From: Phyllobates terribilis
Lineage: Eukaryota
Direction: 5' to 3'
Assembly (NCBI RefSeq): GCF_046119375.1
Contig: NW_027362769.1
Location: forward strand, 278,442,001 to 278,506,000
Length of the DNA: 64,000 bases
This document shows positions 25,834 through 37,549 of the stretch, one piece after another. Under the pieces are notes generated by a model. It ran no database searches, was not told where the DNA came from, and saw only the letters and a list, made by a program, of their open reading frames with translations. The position numbers and the translations under genes are program-made. Position 1 is the first letter of the stretch, and each line of letters starts with the position of its first letter.

Positions 25834-28529
25834 AATAAATAAAAAAATATATATATTCAGTGGGGAAAATAAGTATTAGATACACTGCCGATTTTACAAG
25901 TTTTCCCACCTACAAAGAATGGAGAGGTCTGTAATTGTTATCATAGGTACACTTCAGCTGTGAGACACAGAATCTAAAAAAAAATCCTGAAAATTATATT
26001 GTATAATTTTTACATAATTAATTAGCATTTTATTGCATGAAATAAGTATTTGACACAATAGAAAAACAGAACTTAATATTTGTTTGCAATTACAGAAGTC
26101 CGACGTTTCCCGTAGTTCTTGACCAAGTTTGCACACACTGCAGCAGGGATTTTGGCCCACTCCTCCATACAGATCTGCTCCAAATCTTTCAGGTTTCGAG
26201 GCTGTCGCTGGGCGACATTGAGTTTCAGCTGCCTCCAAAGATTTTCTATTGGGTTCAGTTCTGTAGACTGGCTAGGCCACTCCAGGACCTGAAATGCTTC
26301 TTAAGGAGCCACTCCTTAGTTTCTCTGGCTGTGGGTTTCGGGTCATTGTCATGCTGAAAGACCCAGCCACGACCTAACTTCAATGCTCTTACTGAGGAAA
26401 GGAGGTAGTTGGACAAAATGTCGCGATACATGACCACATCCATCCTCCCTTCAATATGGTGCAGTCGTCCTGACCTCTTTGTAGAAAAGCCCCCCCAAAG
26501 TAAGATGCTTCCCCACCATGCTACATGGTTGGGACAGTATTCTTGGAGTTGTACTCATGCTCCTTCTTTGTTCAAACATGGCGAGTGGAGTTCATACCAG
26601 AAAGTTCTATTTTTGTCTCATCTGACCACATGACTTTCTCCCATGCCTCCTCTGGAGCATCCAGATAGTCATTGGTGACCTACAAACAGGCCTTGACATG
26701 TGCTGACATGAGCAGGGGGACCTTGTGTGCCGTTCAGGATTTTAATCCATGACGGCGTAGTGTATTACTAACTGTAATGTTTGAGATGTGGGCCCAGCTC
26801 TCTTCAGGTTATTGACCATGCCCTACCGTGTAGTTCTGTGTTGATTCCTGACCTTTCTCAGAATCATCCTTCCCACCCAAGTCGAGATCTTGCATAGAGC
26901 CCCAGACTGAGGAAGATTGACAGTCATCTTGTGTTTCTTCCATTTTCTAATAATTGTGCCAACAGCTGTTGCCTTCTCACAAAGCTCTTTGCCTATTGTC
27001 CTGTAGCTCATCCCAGCTTTGTGCAGGTCTACAATTTTGACAGCTCTTTGGTCTTGGCCATGGTAGAGAGGTTGGAGTGTCATTGATTATGTGGACAGAT
27101 GTCGTTTATACAGGTAACAAGTTCAAACAGGTGCAATTAATACTGGTAAAACAGGTAATGAGTGCAGAGTAGGAGGGCTTCTTAACCCCTTTCTGATGCA
27201 GGGAGTACTAATACGTACCTGCGCCCTGTGACTTAATGACCAGGTACGTATTATTACGCCTTGGTGATAGCGCCGGCACAGAGGCTGTGCTGGCGCGATC
27301 TCCGCCAGGTGTCAGCTGATTTTGCATCAATTTATGATCAGCCGAGGTTCAGCACGCGGCACCCTCGCCAATCTGCTGTTATCGGTGCTGGCGGCCGGAA
27401 GTGTTTACCTGTGATGCTTGGCCGTCCACCTGTAGTGGCCGTCGCGGGGTACTGCACATCCGCCTCCTATTCAATTGAAGTGGACCGCTCCTTTAACTCC
27501 CCAAATGCTGTGATGAAAGTCGATTGCAGCATTTCCGGGGCAGGCAGAGGTAAGAGCGCCCCTCTTACCTTGGATCGGAGACCCCGTGCTGTGAGCACGG
27601 GGTCCGATCTTTGCCATGGTGACCCAATGTTGTCATGACGACATCCGGGTCACCAGGCACCAGCAAGTTAGATAGATCGAGCTCAGTGCACAATCTATCT
27701 AACTTGTGTCTGCAGGGCTGACAGACTGCATAGCATAGGGGATGCTACTGCATCCCCATGCTATGCAAGCGATCAGCCTGCAAAAAATGAAAGTCCCATA
27801 GTGGGATAAAGTGGAAAAACATCAGAAAGTGAAAAAATTTTTTTTTTGTAAAAATATAAAAAAAAAATGAAAAAATAATCCAAAAAATATATATACTGTA
27901 CCCATAAATAAATATTACTATGAAAAAAATAAAATAAAAGTAGACATATTTGGTATCGCTGCGTCTGGAACGACGTGACCTATAAAACTGTCCCACTAGT
28001 TAACCCCTTTAATGAGCACGGTAAAAAATAAAAAACGTAGCATAAAAGGATACTTTATCATCATACAGCCAAACAAAAAATGGAATAAAACGCGATCAAA
28101 AAGGCGAATGTAAATAAAAATAGTACCGCTGAAAACGTCATCTTGTCCCGCAAAAAAACAAGCTGCCATATAGCTCCATCAGCCGAAAAATAAAAAAGTA
28201 CTAGCTCTCAGAATAAAGCAATGCAAAAAAATTTATTTTTTCTATAAAATAGTTTTTATCGTGTAAAAACACCAAAACATAAAAAAAGATATAAATGTAG
28301 TATTGCTGTAAACGTACTGACCCTAAGAATAACGCTGCCTTATCAATTTTACCACACGCAGAACGGCATAAAAAAAAAAAAAAAAAACAATTCTTGAATT
28401 GTTGGTTTTTGTTTATTCTGCCTCCCAAAAATCGGAATAGAAAGCGATCAAAAAATGTCACGCGTCCGAAAATGGTACAAAAAAACTCCTTCAATTTGTC
28501 CTGCGAAAAACAAGCCTTTACATGACTCT

Positions 28530-28794
28530 CAGCCACGTACAAATGCACGGGGTGGCACACTGGATGAGGTAAAAATCTTCTTTAATTCACATAACGATTA
28601 AAACATGGATGCGGGGTAGCTGGTCCACAGTCGGACGATGGCCGTTTCGCATGCCAAGCACGCTTCTACGGGTCCAGGTAAGGCCTTTGAAGATGCTACA
28701 CCTGCTAACGAGGGTAGCTGCTTCAGCTGTCACTGACTTCGGAGCTCCGCACTGAAAGGTACGCTCTGCACACGTGGTGCCGGTTATCACTCTC
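28530..28794 (-). mobile_element. 265-bp non-coding Penelope-derived insert with 12-bp TSD and decayed hammerhead scaffold
   Basis: ttacatgactct at 28518-28529 and 28795-28806; hammerhead scaffold at 28633-28675. Confidence 0.65.
28633..28675 (-). ncRNA. Decayed type I hammerhead scaffold
   Basis: GGAC-CCGTAGA-A-GCGTGC-ttg-GCATGC-GAAA-CGGCCATC-GTCC. Stems I and II intact; core has U4C and A6U changes, stem III has G16.2A. Confidence 0.45.
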
Positions 28795-29057
28795 TTACAT
28801 GACTCTGTAATATGGAAAAATTATAGCTCTCAAAATATGGCGATGCAAAAACTAGCCTTTGCAAAAAAAAAGTTTTTTTTAGTGTGTGACAGCTGTCAAT
28901 TATAAAAACCCGATATACATCTGGCATCGCTGTAATTGCACCGACCCGAAGAATAAAGTTGTCTAATCACTTATGCCGCACGAGGAACGGCATAAAAAAT
29001 AAACTGTAGGGTTAGGTTTGTGCTAGGGTTAGGATTACATAGTAACATAGTAATGTA

Positions 29058-30685
29058 CAGTACAGACCAAAAGTTTGGACACACCTTCTCATTTAAAGAT
29101 TTTTCTGTATTTTCATGACTTTGAAAATTGTACATTCACACTGAAGGCATCAAAACTATGAATTAACACATGTGGAATTATATACTTAACAAAAAAGTGT
29201 GAAACAACTGAAAATATGTCTTATATTCTAGGTTCTTCAAAGCAGCCACCTTTTGCTTTGATGACTGCTTTGCACACTCTTGGCATTCTCTTGATGAGCT
29301 TCAAGAGGTAGTCACCGGAAATGGTCTTCCAACAATCTTGAAGGAGTTGCCAGAGATGCTTAGCACTTGTTGGCCCTTTTGCCTTCACTCTGCGGTCCAG
29401 CTCACCCCAAACCATCTCGATTGGGTTCAGGTCTGGTGACTGTGGAGACCAGGTCATCTGGTGTAGCACTCCATCACTCTCCGTCTTGATCAAATAGCCC
29501 TTACACGGCCTGGAGGTGTGTTTGGGGTCATTGTCCTGTTGAAAAATAAATGATGGTCCAACTAAACGCAAACCGGATGGAATAGCATGCCGCTGCAAGA
29601 TGCTTTGGTAGCCATGCTGGTTCAGTATGCCTTCAATTTTGAATAAATCCCCAACAGTGTCACCAGCAAAGCACCCCCACACCATCACACCTCCTCCTCC
29701 ATGCTTCATGGTGGGAACCAGGCATGTAGAATCCATCCGTTCACCTTTTCTGCGTCGCACAAAGACACGGTGATTGGAACCAAAGATCTCAAATTTGGAC
29801 TCATCAGACCAAAGCACAGATTTCCACTGGTCTAATGTCCATTCCTTGTGTTCTTTAGCCCAAACTTGTCTCTTCTGCTTGTTGCCTGTCCTTAGCAGTG
29901 GTTTCCTAGCAGCTATTTTACCATGAAGGCCTGCTGCACAAAGTCTCCTCTTAACAGTTGTTGTAGAGATGTGTCTGATGCTAGAACGCTGTGTGGCATT
30001 GTCCTGGTCACAAATCCGAGCTGCTGTTAACCTGCGATTTCTGAGGCTGGTGACTCGGATAAACTTATCCTCAGAAGCAGAGGTGACTCTTGGTCTTCCT
30101 TTCCTGGGGCGGTCCTCATATGAGCCAGTTTCTTTGTAGCGCTTGATGGTTTTTGCAACTGCACTTGGGGACACTTTCAAAGTTTGCCCAATTTTTCAGA
30201 CTGACTGACCTTCATTTCTTAAAGTAATGATGGCCACTCGTTTTTTCTTTACTTAGCTTTTTTCTTGCCATAATACAAATTCTAACAGTCTATTCAGTAG
30301 GACTATCAGCTTTGTATCCACCTGACTTCTGCACAACACAACTGATGGTCCCAACCCCATTTATAAGGCAAGAAATCCCACTTATTAAACCTGACAGGGC
30401 ACACCTGTGAAGAGAAAACCATTTCTGGTGACTACCTCTTGAAGCTCATCAAGAGAATGCCAAGAGTGTGCAAAGCAGTCATCAAAGCAAAAGGTGGTTA
30501 CTTTGAAGAACCTAGAATATAAGACATATTTTCAGTTGTTTCACACTTTTTTGTTAAGTATATAATTCCACATGTGTTAGTTCATAGTTTTGATGCCTTC
30601 AGTGTGAATGTACAATTTTCAAAGTCATGAAAATACAGAAAAATCTTTAAATGAGAAGGTGTGTCCAAACTTTTGGTCTGTACTG
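29058..30685 (-). mobile_element. Tc1-family DD38E (Intruder-type) transposon, 1628 bp, TA TSD, ~270-bp TIRs
   Basis: TA|cagtacagaccaaaagtttgg ... ccaaacttttggtctgtactg|TA. Same family as 15477-17073. Confidence 0.96.
29221..30271 (-). pseudogene. DD38E transposase; 319 codons open, N-terminus broken by frameshift and stop
   Basis: WSDE; QQD-(38 residues)-E counted in QQDNDPKH...SPDLNPIE. Probable original ATG at 30271 is followed by an indel and TGA. Confidence 0.88.
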
Positions 30686-31376
30686 TAGGTTGAATAAAGA
30701 CCTAGGTCCATCCAGTTCAACCTTTCTCCCCGAATTGTACTCCCTGCATAACATACTAACTTACTGGGACTAGGAATCACAAACTTATTATTACCGTTTT
30801 TATTATTGCTGCACTATTACAATTAAAGATGTGCCCGCTTATAATTTTTTAATTAGTTTTATATTTTGTATTACTCTTATGTTTCTAATAGTGGTATTAC
30901 TTAAATCCCTATTCTTAAATCTGTTGATCCAGAAGAAGGCAAAAACCCCAGGACACATTCAGCCAATTTGCATTACGGGGAAAAATTCCTTCTTGACCCC
31001 GAGAAAAGGCGATCAGTCTTAGAACCCTGGATCAAACCTAATTATGATACTAGTTATGTAATTACTATTATCGTATTATTGTACTACTATAGGTGTAATA
31101 TTTTGTCTAATTTAACTGTAACTCACAATGTTATGTGTATCGAGGAAATCATCCAGACCTTTTTTGAAAGCTGTTATAGTGTCGGCCATCACTACCTCTT
31201 GTGGTAGGGCATTGCACAGTCCAACTGCTCTGACTGTAAAGAACCTTTTCCTGTTTCAGTGCCGGAATCGCCTTTCTTCCACTCGTAATGAGTGCCCCCT
31301 TGTCCTTAGTATGATCTTTGGAAGGAATAAGTCATGTGCTAGTTCTTTGTACTGACCACAAATATATTTATACATG

Positions 31377-32560
31377 GCACACACTCTTTTTCCACAGGAA
31401 ATTGATCCCCAAAAAAAGAATTTATACGAGTATATTGTTGGACCATAAAATAAACTTTATTATATCAAAAATGAATTAAAAACTGTAAAATACAATGCTT
31501 CACAAAAAAGAGCGGGCAAAAAATTAATTGACATGCACAAACAATTAATAGGAAAATACTTTATCAAAAAAAATAGAATATATGATATGAAGAGGACTTG
31601 ACCCTAATAGGTTGTTCAACAATCCCCCCCCCCCCAATTTTTTTTTGCTACTAAAATAGCCTATAGGATGTAAACAAAGCCAATTTGTGACTGAATCACA
31701 TATTATGTGCATATAATAAAGAATGTATTGAAAATTGAGTACCACCTGTGTAATACAGGAATAAATAGGTATAGACTGACATGTTTATAGAATAAATAAC
31801 TGTCCATCAGAGACACTTATGCAGAAAAAATTAAAATATATAGATGAATGAATAAATAAAAGAATAAATACTGAAAAGTTTTTACCTTAATAAAGTGCTA
31901 TGTGCAAAAGACCGCCCGTCACCCAGACGCGCGTTTCGTCTAGCCTTCTTCAGGGAGCACCTAGAAGGCTAGAGGAAATAAAAGGTAAAAAACTTTTCAG
32001 TATTTATTTTTTTATTTAATTCATTCATCTATATATTTGAAAGTTTTGTGCATAAGTGTCTCTGATTGACAGTTGTTTATTCTATAAACATGTCAGTCTA
32101 TACCTTTTTATTCCTGTATTACACAGGTGGTACTCAACTTTCAATACATTCTTTATTATATGCACATAACATGTGATTCAGTCACAAATTGGGTTTGTTT
32201 ACATAATATAGGCTATTTTAGTAGGAATTTTTTTTTTTTTGGGGGGGGGGATTGTTGAACAACCTATTAGGGTCACGTCCTCTTCATATTATATATTCTA
32301 TTTTTTTAATAAAGTATTTTCCTATTGTTTGTGTATGTCAATTAATTCTTTGCCCTCTCTTTTTGTGAAGCATTGTATTTTACAGTTTTTAATTCATTTT
32401 TTGATATAATAAAGTTTATTTTATGGTCCAACAATATACTCGTATAAATTCTTTTTTTGTGGATCAATTTCCTGTGGAAAAAGAGTGTGTGCCATGTTAA
32501 TATTGAGTTTACGACCAGAATTACCATATAGGATTCCATTGGTGGAACTCTGTAGTTAAT
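31377..32560. mobile_element. 1.18-kb non-coding fold-back Penelope-derived insert with 15-bp TSD, inside CR1
   Basis: atatatttatacatg at 31362-31376 and 32561-32575. Arms ~31377-31887 and ~31981-32496 are reverse complements; a hammerhead-like motif lies at the centre. Confidence 0.85.
31921..31958 (-). ncRNA. Minimal hammerhead-like motif at the fold-back centre
   Basis: cc-CTGAAGA-A-ggctagac-GAAA-CGCGCGTC-tgggt. Intact core and GUC triplet, palindromic stem III loop, poor stem II. Confidence 0.5.
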
Positions 32561-32589
32561 ATATATTTATACATGTAAATGAGATCTCC

Positions 32590-32825
32590 AGTTGCATGGA
32601 TTTATATTGTGTGACCAACTTGTCAAGCCCTTTTCCAAGTGATGCTCAAAATCGCTTGTAAAAGTGCTTGAAAATACGCATGCTTAAAACGCATGTAAAA
32701 AAGCTAAAATGCTTCTCCCTGGCAGAAAAAAACGCATGTCAATTCCGCATGCTTTTTTTCTGCCAGGGAGAGAAAAAGACGCATGCGGATTTTGGCGGGA
32801 ATTTCCGCATCATGTGCACATAGCC
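32590..32825. mobile_element. Right-end remnant of a Harbinger-type MITE; left end lost with adjacent CR1 RT
   Basis: Ends tgtgcacatagcc|TTA. Internal sequence matches the 34179-35053 family. CR1 jumps from DLIY to AFDTVPH. Confidence 0.7.
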
Positions 32826-34178
32826 TTAGGCTGTTATGCGGTACAGTATCGAATGCTTTTGCAAATTCCAGATAAATCACATCAGCCGCATTACCAACAT
32901 CCAGATTTGCACTTACCTCCTCATAGAACACCAACATGTAGGTTAGATACTACCTATTTTTCATGAATCCGTGCTGATTATCATTTATTATATTACTCTC
33001 TGCGATATAACTCTGCAGGTCATCTCTTATGATGCCCTCAAAAACTTTGCACACTACTGATGTCAGACTTACCGGACGGTAGTTACCTTAATCCACCTTC
33101 TTACCTTTCTTAAATATCGGTACCACATCAGCTATCCTCCAATCCTGTGGCACTACCCCTGTTACAAGAGAGTCTAAGAATGAGATACAGTGGTTTGTGA
33201 ATTACTGAGCTCAATTCCCTCAGTATCCGTGGATGAATACCATCTGGGCAGGGGGATTTGTCAATGTTTAAGTTGCTCAGTCGCAGGCGGACTTCTTTTT
33301 GTGTTAAAATAGTTATATTAGGTTGTGAACTTTGATTTTTGCCCTGTTGAAAGATCCCTGGAACGGACGGTTTGTTGGTGAACATGGATAAAAAGTGCCT
33401 GTTTAATATCTCAACCTTTTCTTTGTCCTCTATAATTATCTTATTATCATCTTTTAAGGGGCCGATACCATCTGATTTTTTCATTTTGGCATTGATGTAT
33501 GTATAAAAATTTTTGGAATTTATTTTAATGTCGCTGGCGATTTGTTACTCTGTAGATAATTTTGGTAGCTTGATTTCTTTTTTACATTTCTTATTTAGGT
33601 CTTTATACTCCTGAAATGCTACTTCTGTATTCTCGGCCTTCAAGATTTTGAATGCCCTTTGTTTTTGTCTTATTAAACTATGTACTGTCTTATTTATTCA
33701 TAATGGTTTCTTTTTATTCCTGGACATTTTATTACCAGAGAGTATACATTTTCTACAGGATTCTAATAGTATTTCCTTAAACATGCCCCATTTACGTTTG
33801 GTTTCCCCAGTTACCATGACATGGTCCCAGTCTACACGATTAAGTTCTTCCCTTAATTTGTTGAAATCAGCTTTCCTAAAGTTACAGGTTTTTGCATTTC
33901 CTTTTTGAAATGTTTTATTGAATATTACATTGAAACTTACCATATTGTGGTCAGTGTTTCCCAAATGTTCCTGGACCTGTAGATCTGAAACTGTATCTGG
34001 TCTATTTGACAGCGCCAGATCCAGCAGATTACCTCCCCTGGTTGGTTCATCTACCAGCTGAGAGAGGTAATTGTCCTGAGCTATGGATAAGAACTTGCAG
34101 CTTTTAGCACAATTGGACAATTCTATGTCCCATTGAATATCTTGATAGTTAAAATCCCCCATAATAAGAACCCTATTA

Positions 34179-35053
34179 GGCTATGTGCCCACGATGCAGA
34201 AATGCTCAGGATTTTTTCCTGAGTGTTTCTGCATCTCCCTGGCAGAAAAAAACGCATGCGGATTGTACATGCGTTTTCCTGCCAGGGACATGCGGAAGTG
34301 AAGCGTTCTTAACTTGCATTTCCGCATGCGGATTGACAAGCGCTTTCCAAGCAATTTTAGCATCACTTTGAAAGTGCTTGTCAACTTGGTCACACTATAA
34401 AAATCCATGCAAACAGCATGGATTTATATAGTGTGACCCGAGAGAATGTCAAAAAATAAAAAATAAATCTATACTTACCTTCTGATGGCCCCCGCAGTCT
34501 TGCTTCACCGTCCCGGCTCCCGGCAGATCGCGTTACACTGAAGGACCTGCCGACGTCAGCGTCGTGTGACCCGTCACATGACTATGACGTCAGCGCAGGT
34601 CCTTCAGTCCATCGCAAAGTGCCGGCATGAGAGGAGGAGTGCAGTGGGGGCTGCCAGAAGGTAAGTATATATTTATTTTTTATCTTATTCTTTTTTTTTA
34701 CAGTTTTCTATGGTACCCAGGTCCGGAGGAGAGTCTCCTCTTCTCTAGACCTGGATACCATCCGCACATTAGAACGCATGGAAAGCACATCTACATATAC
34801 CGTGATGCGTAATCCATGCGTTCTAATGCAAGTCAATGGCGGCGAAAACGCAGCACTTCCGCAAAATAATTGGTAGTGCTGCGTTTTTTTCCGCAATGAT
34901 AATCCGCAGCGGAAATTTCCGCAGCATGTGCACAGCACATGCGGATTATCATTGGGGAACATGGCAGGCCTTCTACCATGCGTTTTTTAAGCGTTTCTGC
35001 AGCGTTTTTGACGCTGCGGAAACGCTTAAAAAACGCATCGTGGGCACACAGCC
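34179..35053. mobile_element. Harbinger-type MITE, 875 bp, TTA TSD
   Basis: TTA|ggctatgtgcccacga ... tcgtgggcacacagcc|TTA; CR1 endonuclease sequence resumes on both sides. Confidence 0.88.
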
Positions 35054-35230
35054 TTATTGTTTGCTGCATTTTTAATTTGTTGCAGCATTTTGTCCTCTAC
35101 CAGCTATATTATGAGGCTTGTAACAAACTCCAATTAAAATCTTTCCATTATGCCCATCCCCATGTACATTAGCTCAAACTGACTCTACATTGTCGCAGCT
35201 CCCCCAATGTTGTCATTGAGCACAGGTCCA

Positions 35231-35305
35231 GGGTTGTGCTAGGGTTACTGTTAGGGTTGTATTAGGGTTGGGATTAGGGTTGGGTTAGGGATGTGTTGGG
35301 GTAGG
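35231..35305 (+). repeat. Degenerate (GGGTTA)-like tract (left remnant at 29007-29036), split by CR1
   Basis: gggttgtgctagggtta...gggattagggttgggttaggg; ggtttgtgctagggtta at the other CR1 boundary. Confidence 0.7.
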
Positions 35306-35599
35306 GATTTTTTCAAAAGTAAAGAAAAAAATGATGACGATAAAAAAAGTAAAATAAAACACACGGGTATTGCCATGCACGGGCAATCCCCGCATTTCTT
35401 TTTGGGTGTCTAACAACCGTGAAACATGCTGGGCGGGGACTCGAGCACTTGGTGCTTACTAGAGTACCCGATGCAAACTCAAGTAGCGAGCACTTGCGCT
35501 CAAGAATAATGACAACTTATTCAATATGATGACCTAATGTTATGAAATTCTGTTTTGTACCTCTGGGTTTAAAATGTTCACTATACCTCTTGATAAAAT

Positions 35600-36900
35600 C
35601 CTTGAGGGGTCTAGTTTCCAAAATGGGGTCACTTGTGGGGCGTTTCCACTGTTTAGGCGCATCAGCAGCTGTCCAAACGCGATATGGCGTCCGCTCTCGA
35701 TTCCAACCAATTTTGTGTTCAAAAAGTCACACAGTGCTCCTTCCCTTCTGAACCCCACCGTGCGTCTAAACAGTGTTTTTTCCACACATATGGGGTATCT
35801 GCATACTCAGGAGAAATTGCACAACCGTTTTTGGGGTCCATTTTCTCCTCTTACCCTTGTGAAAATAAAAAATTTGGAGCTAAAAGATCATTTTTGTGGA
35901 AAAAGTTAGATTTTTTTTATTTTCACAGCTCTATGTTATAAACTTCTGTGAAGCACCTGGGGGTTCAGGGTGCTCATCACACATCTAGATAAGTTCCTTG
36001 AGGGGTCTAGTTTCCAAAATGGGGTCAGTTGTGGGGGTTTCCACCGTTTAGGTACATCATGAGCTCCCCAAACACAACATGGTGTCCACTAATTATTCAA
36101 GTAAATTTTACATTCAAAAAGTCAAATGGAGCTTCCTCCCTTCCGAACCCTGCTATGCGCCCGAACAGTGGTTTTCTCCAACATATGGGGTATAGGCTTA
36201 CTTAGGAGAAGTTGCACAACAAATTGCATAGTGCAATTTCTCCTGTTACCCTTATACCAATTCAAAATTGGGGGCTGAAAAACATTTTTTGTGGGAAAAA
36301 TGTGAAAATTTAATTTTTTACGGCTCAATGTTATAAACATCTGTGAAGCACCTTGGGGTTCAAGGTGCTCATTACACATCTAGATAAGTTTCCTGAGGGG
36401 CCTAGTTTCCAAAATGATGTCACTTGTGGGGGATTCCGCTGTTTAGGCACATCAGGGGCTCTCCAAACGCGACATGGCGTCCGCTAATTATTCAAGCAAA
36501 TTTTACATTCAAAAAGTCAAATGGCGCTCCTTCCCTTCCGAGCCCTGCCGTGCGCCCAAACAGTGGTTTTCTTCCACATATGGGGTATCAGCGTGCTCAG
36601 GAGAAATTGGACAACAAATTTTGGGGTCTATTTTGTCCTGTTACCTTTGCGAAAATAAAAAAATTGGGTCTAAATTAATATTTTTGTGAAAAAAAGTTAA
36701 ATGTTCATTGTTTTCTTCCACATTCCAAAAATTCCTGTGAAGCACCTGAAGCGTTAATAAACTTCTTGAATGTGGTTTTGAGCACCTTGAAGGGGTGCAG
36801 TTTCTAGAATGGTGTCACTTTTGGGTATTTTCTGTCATAAAGGCCCCTCAAAATCACTTCAAATGTGATGTGGTCCCTAAAAAAATGGTTTTGTAAATTT
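35600..36900. repeat. ~395-bp tandem units (about 3.5 copies) internal to the piggyBac-like element
   Basis: ctagtttccaaaatgg-like anchors at 35611, 36007, 36402 and 36797. Confidence 0.85.
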
Positions 36901-37549
36901 TGTTGGAAAAATGAGAAATCGCTGGTCAACGTTTAACCCTTATAGCTTCCTAACAAAAAAAAAATGTTGGTTCCAAAATTGTGCTGATGTAAAGTAGACA
37001 TGTGGGAAATGTTATTTATTATCTATTTTGTTTGACATATCTCTCTGATTTAAGGGCATGAAAATTCAAATTTAGAAATTTTCACAATTTTTGCCAAATT
37101 TCCATTTTTTCCACAAATAAATGCAAGTCATATCGAATAAATTTTACCACCATCATGAAGTATAATATGTCACGAAAAAACAATTCCAGAATCAAGGGGA
37201 TCCGTTGAAGCGTTCCAGAGTTATTACCTCATAAAGTGACAGTGGTTAGAATTGTAAAAATTGGCCTGGCCATTAACGTGCAAACCACCCTCGGGGGTAA
37301 AGGGGTTAAAGAAAAACTAACAGGTCTATGAGAAACAGACTTCTTGCTGGTTGGTAGGTGATCAAATACTTATTTCATGCACTAAAATGCAATTTAATTA
37401 TGTAAAAATCATACAATGTGTTTTTCTGGATTTTTTTAGATTCTATCTGCAGACTTGAAGTGTAAATAAAAATTACAGACCTTTCCACTCTTTGAAGGTG
37501 GGAAAACTTGCAAAATCAAATGTGTATCAAATACTTATTTTCCCTACTA

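Larger units (their letters stand above)
29037..35230 (-). mobile_element. CR1 LINE, 5'-truncated within the endonuclease domain, with four nested inserts and an internal deletion
   Basis: 3' tail acatagtaacatagtaa. RT C-terminus FFTVRAV..LPQEVVMA, DLIYMYKY, FAKAFDTVPH. APE motifs MGDFNY, LDLALSN, DHNMV (33698-34162); continues past the MITE to ~35230. Confidence 0.92.
27186..37305. mobile_element. Non-autonomous piggyBac-like (TTAA) element carrying nested inserts
   Basis: TTAA|cccctt ... aagggg|TTAA (27182-27185; 37306-37309). No transposase; internal ~395-bp tandem units. Confidence 0.8.
25858..37547 (-). mobile_element. Degenerate Tc1 element split by a 10.1-kb nested insertion
   Basis: TIR cagtggggaaaataagtatt at 25858 and aatacttattttccc at ~37530-37544. 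Transposase remnants [15 protein letters not shown] and FQHDNDPK at 25990-27060. Host sequence rejoins gggcttc-TTAA-agaaaaactaac. Confidence 0.88.

Noticed and set aside
35231-35305. True interstitial telomere or fusion site
   Set aside because: Short, degenerate, single orientation, embedded in a transposon derivative.
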